DNA of 64,000 nucleotides, from assembly GCF_009914755.1 (NCBI RefSeq), contig NC_060936.1; one strand, written 5' to 3'. Source of the DNA: the human T2T-CHM13v2.0 reference genome, Homo sapiens. Made by a program: the position numbers and the translations under genes. The notes below the pieces were generated by a model. It was not told the DNA's origin, made no database searches, and saw only the letters and a list, made by a program, of their open reading frames with translations. Below, piece by piece: positions 53,312 through 64,000 of this stretch; the stretch's first letter is position 1; every line of letters starts with the position of its first letter.

Positions 53312-54025
53312 AATTCTTTTACAAGTTCTCCTTCAGTAAATAGTCTTTAGCAGTAGTAGGTTCAAGATGAACTTAAATCTTTAGCCTAGAATCAGAGCAG
53401 AATTTATTAAAGCCACCTAACCACATACACTGCCTGCCTGATCTCTAAAATTACTTGTTCCTAATATTCCTCTTCTATATTCTAACCATTAGCCAGCACA
53501 TTCTTTTGTGTTAAACCTTTCTGGTAATAATATACTATATCTTGTCACCTGTCATTATGGTCTTGAATGTTGCTTTTGCCTGCTTAAATAGAATTCTGGC
53601 ACCTCTGCCTGGCTCTGTTTCCTCTGCACTCTGTCCCATTTTCATGAGTGGCTAGATTTTGTCCCGTTTCAAACTATATTTTCTGGATTCTTTTGGTAGT
53701 TCTTTCCCAGAGTAAGTCCCTAATACTTAGAACCTGCCAAAGAGAGTAAGAATGTGTATTTTGGAAAGAAAATGTGGGTGGAAGAGAAATATTTTAAATA
53801 ATGTATATTAATGAAAAAATTATATACAGAATTTCATACACCAATTTCTTAAATTCCTAAATTCAGGGAGCTATTTTGCCTTCACTATTAAGCAACTATA
53901 TTTTTATAACATTTTTTAAACTGTAAATATTTTAGTTTGAGACGTCTTTAAATATAATGGAATGTATTCATAGCCCTGTTGTATTTGGCAAATGTATTTG
54001 TTAATATTTCAAAAACTATTTTTAG

Positions 54026-54210
54026 GTGTTTTATAACTGTAGTTGTGTGGAAGTAACTGGTCTCCAGAACAGAAATTACTCAGCGCACTTGGGTGAATGC
54101 CCAAGAGATAATACTTGTACAAGGAAATTTTTCATCTATGTTGCAATTCAAGTCATAAACTCTTTGTTCTCTGCAACAGGAGGTACCACATTTATCTTGT
54201 TGACTGTGAA
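54026..54210 (+). CDS. SLCO1B3: SLCO1B3 coding exon c.1498-1682 (185 bp), VFYNCSCVEVTGLQNRNYSAHLGECPRDNTCTRKFF...LLTV(K)
   Basis: tttttag|GTGTT ... GTGAA|gtaagt. Next exon not seen before the window end. Confidence 0.97.
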
Positions 54211-55899
54211 GTAAGTATGATCCTGTAAAACATTGTCATGTATATTAGACTAAAACACACCTAATGATAGGCATATTTTTCTGTATTTTGAGCTCAAATT
54301 CATATTTTGTCAATTTTTAATTCTTTGAGAATGCATTTTCTTAGAATTATTTTGATCTTTCAATAACATCATTAATAATTTTTGTCTCTAATACTTCCAT
54401 TGTCAAATCTAGGCTCTATACTTTCTTCTCTTTAATAAAAATCTTAAGGCACACACTGACAGTTGCCTTGATTGTAGGAGAATCTTTGTGTGATTGTAAA
54501 AGAACTTTTAATTTTGAGTTGCGTTGCATCCTAATGAGCCAGTTAAGAGTAAATCATCTGTTGATTTCATTGAAAGAAAACATTTAGCAACCAGGTATAA
54601 ATACAAACTTCAATTTGTTATGAAATTCTAATGCTTTCAATTCACCCACAGCATGGCTTTTGACCTGGTATTTCATGATACCCTTGTAGGGCATAAGAAA
54701 AATATGTGTAAATAATTCATTCCTTTTTTCACTTATTAGACAGTTATTTAGACAGGATATGATGTTCGATGAAGAATATTTCCTAGTAAGTAAAACCAAT
54801 AAGGTACTTGTTTTCTCACAGCTTAGAAAATGACAAGACTGATGTGAGACAAATAAGTATAAAAATAAACACATAATTACAAATTGCTGTTTGTCTTAAT
54901 AAGGAAAAAGACTGCCAATTAAAGGAATAAAAAGAGAAACTAAATTTAGGATTAAAGTAAGGGGATGTGAGGGGAAAGACTCCCAGAGTACATCTCAAAA
55001 GAAGTGACATTATATCTAAAGATGTAAAGAAAAAGCCAAATGAAGGGCTTTCAGGGAGAGGGTCTAGGTGCTGTTTCCTTAAGACAGGAAAGAGCTAGAA
55101 TTTTTGAGGAATGAAAAGAAGCCAGTTTATTGGAACACACTGAGTGAGAGGGGTATGGCAGATGATGTTTGGAGAGTTGAGGGGAAGCAGATAATGTGTG
55201 CGCTACTGGCCAAAATAAGCACGCAATCACCTAAAACGGGAAACATGTAAAGACATGCATGTAGATCTTAAAAATATACATGATAAGTAGAGTGACCTGG
55301 GGTAACACCTAATTGTACTTTTAAAACCTACTAGTTGATCGGAAGTTCATGGCCAGCCAACAGCATGACATGGTAGAAAAAAAAAAAGCAACCAACAATG
55401 TGTTTTAACTTTTGTTAATATGAATATAAACCTGTAAACTAAGTCAGTTTACAGTTGTTAAATTTTCACCCTGCCTGCAAATTTTCTTAAATTCATACCA
55501 TAAATATTCCACAAGTATAGCTTCATCTTAATATAAAATGTCAATTCAGAAGGAGAAGCCTTCTATATTTCCAAATTACAGATTCATTAACTTATAAAAA
55601 TTCACTTCATAATTTCATACTAGTTTGCCTCTCAACATGTTTTAGCTTCTTAATTGAAACCTTTTCATGAGAAAAGGAGAGTTTTAAAAACATTGTTCCA
55701 TCCTTGATGATAGTTATATTTTATCTGAATAAAAAGTGATTAAATCAACATTACCACTTATCAGAGCATTTATTAATTTCTCACCTGCCTTTGATTTCCT
55801 TTGAAGAAAAGTTTTCTGAAGCTGACTGGAGAATAAAAATACAAACTTCATTTTATTAATGATTTTCTAATGCTTGCATCATAAGGCTATTGCTAAAAC

Positions 55900-57295
55900 T
55901 AGACTCAGCAGGAGTGTAGACATTTACTCATCCAGTACATATTCATTATGTGTGTCAGCCACAAATCCATGCACTGAGGATGCAAATGTGAACGAAAATG
56001 ATAAAACTTCATTAGCATCCAGTGGGGATAGGGTACAGGGAGTGGATATATATAGAAGAACTAATAAACAAATAAGCAAGTAAATATGTAAAACAGGGTA
56101 AATGTGAAGCACTAGAAAGAAATCAGAGTCAGAAAATAGAAAAAGTGGGGATAGGTAAGAGATGCTAGTTCAGATATTGTGAAAGTTATATGACAAGAGA
56201 CCTAAATGAAAAGATGAAGAGAGAAGCTACAAGCCATGCTAAATGAGGACAGGAAAGGAACAAGCTAGGCAAGGTAGAGCAAAGACAAAGGCCCTTGGGT
56301 GGAGCATACTTGATACATACAAGGTTAGAAAAAAGTGTGTGAGGAAAAGAGAGGTACGAAGTACAATGACAGAGCTAGCGTGATCCAGATTATATTGTTC
56401 ACAGGAAAGGCTTTGGAGCTTATTCTAAGTGTGTTCAGAAGCCCCAGAGGGTTTAAGCATTAGTATTACCTAATGCTTAAGGCTTACCTGAGGAGATCAC
56501 TCTGACTGTGCATGACTTGTGTTTTTGGAAGACAAGAATGAAATCAGGGAAAACAAAAGGCTATGATCATTCTTCACAATGAGGTATTATTGAGCATGGT
56601 TATGATAAAGGAAGTGGGAAGATATTTGTGCTTCATTCTTTGTTTTGTTTTGTTTTCTAAGGCAAAGCCAATATGATTTGCTGGTTGATTGAATGTGGCA
56701 TGTGACAAAGATAATTTAAGGATGATCCCAAGGTTCTGGCCTGAGCTCTGGAAAGATGGTGATACTATTGAACAAAAGGGGAAACACTAAGGAAGGGTAG
56801 TTTGGAGGAAGTGGAAAAGCAAAATTTCTTATATCCCTGTAAAACTGAGCTGCCTGTTAGGTATCTACCAACAATGCCATATGTAGAATCCACCATTTAG
56901 GAAAATCATTAAAGCCATAGACACAAATCTAGAGTTGGCAATATACAGATGCTATTTAAATCCAATGCCACATTGAGATCTTCTAGGGACTGGGTACAGG
57001 TAGAAACTACATCCTAGGAACAACAGGCACTCTAACTTTAGCGATTAATAATAGAAGGAGAAGACACTAAAGGAAACTGAGGAGGTCCCATGAGTTATGA
57101 GGAAAATTGGGAAAGGATCATGTCCTTGAAGCACAGTGAAGAATATATGAAGAAGCAGTGAATAAAGAAACTATGTCAAGGCCTGCTGAGAGTTCATAGG
57201 AGTTATGGACTAGAAAGTGACCATTGGATTTCATTATATGCTCATCACTATTAACCTAAACAAAACTAGTGCATGAAGATGGGAGGTGAAAAAAA
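55900..57295 (-). mobile_element. Degenerate L2 fragments
   Basis: gagatcactctgactg, gatgatcccaaggttctggcctgagc and aagtgaccattggattt L2-like motifs. Confidence 0.6.
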
Positions 57296-57299
57296 GGCT

Positions 57300-62850
<5,551 letters not shown>

Positions 62851-64000
62851 TGTAGGATCTAACAGGCTATATTGAAGAGGATAGAGAGAAAATGCCAGAA
62901 AGGGAAGTGCAACAGTCAGCACAGCAAGTTATTTTCAGGAGTAGTGCTACAAAAGAAACAGACAAAAGTTGTGGTTGATAGCAAAGTTGTGGAATAAAAC
63001 TTCTGTTTATGTTCAATGCTAGACGTAATAGCATGCTTACATACTGATGAGAATCATCAGTAGAGATGAAGGAAACTGACAATGCAGAAAAGAGGGAAAG
63101 CAATTACAGAGGAAGATGAAAAGAGATTAACCAGGACACAGAGTTTTTCTCTGTACAAGAAGGGAAATTTTCTATGTGGGTAAAAGGCAGGTAAATGTGT
63201 ACCTGTAGTGATGAAGAATATTGAACTTTTTTCTGCTGCTTCTACTTTCTTTGTTATAAAAAAGGAATGTAATCAGATGAGAAAGAGGAGGAAGAAAAGA
63301 AAGAGTCTTTGGATCAGAAAATGTGAACTAGTAATCCTGAAGATTAAAGAAACATACTGACAGGGAAAATGGACTAGTAGAATATTGGACGATTGCCCTG
63401 GAGGCCCCCTGAATGTCTGTGCTTATGAATTTAAAGTGAGCACAGTGAGATGTTTGAATTCTTTCCTCCAGGGATGCAGCTCTTTGTATATAGGTTCAGA
63501 GAAGGCAGAGGATTAGATGAAAGCATTTTTGCTTGTCTAGTACAGTAAAGGATGAGATGGACAAAAATTTACAGAATATATGCAGATGAGCAATTATAAC
63601 AAAAGATCATGATGAGAAAGGAAGTGAAGAGGTAAAACTAGATATGACCTGTGAAGAGGTTAGGGGAATCATAGCCTAAAGAGCTAGGGCTGGAGCTTCT
63701 TGTAACAGATATATTAAAGGGAGTAAATTTAAAACTTAGGAGGTAGTTATGAGGACTGGGATGGCCAAAATGGAGAATTTTAAAAGTGGGTACTGATGAA
63801 CTGACTGTGGGTGGAAGACTTTCCAGAAAAGAGGTCAAGAAACTGAAAGGCCAGAGAACACTGGGAGCATAATCTATATGATCTATATTTCCTAAAATAA
63901 CTAGGAAAAAGGGCAGAAATAATTTTCACAAAAATGACAGGGAGTTTGGAATGAAAATTGTCAAGAAATGATGAGAGTTGTGATGTGCCATTCTATAGCT

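Overview
Human (primate) genomic DNA covering the middle of SLCO1B3 (OATP1B3, liver organic anion transporter) on the + strand. Ten consecutive coding exons (c.85-c.1682, residues Met29 to about Lys561) lie between 25672 and 54210, all with AG/GT boundaries and a continuous frame. The first and last exons are outside the window. The haplotype carries the common variant residues Ala112 (c.334G) and Ile233 (c.699A). The rest is repeat-dense intron: about 15 Alus, mostly antisense L1 fragments, LTR elements (MER41A nested in MER4, THE1, MLT1, a solo LTR13), and Tigger2/Tigger3/MER2/MER8/MER20 DNA transposons. Nearly all short ORFs in the track are repeat-derived noise. I found no evidence for a new multi-gene system. 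The most notable non-routine structures are: (1) a ~1.1 kb spacer-less palindromic AT-rich repeat (PATRR-like) at 3963-5092; (2) a 5'-truncated PAAF1 processed pseudogene joined directly to an Alu poly(A) tail at 15386-16253, carrying two overlapping hairpins; (3) a tail-less, TSD-less two-piece L1 patch inside Tigger2; (4) a very short AluY with clean TSDs just upstream of a coding exon. Repeat family names and the SLCO1B3/PAAF1 identities come from my recall of consensus and protein sequences, not from a search.
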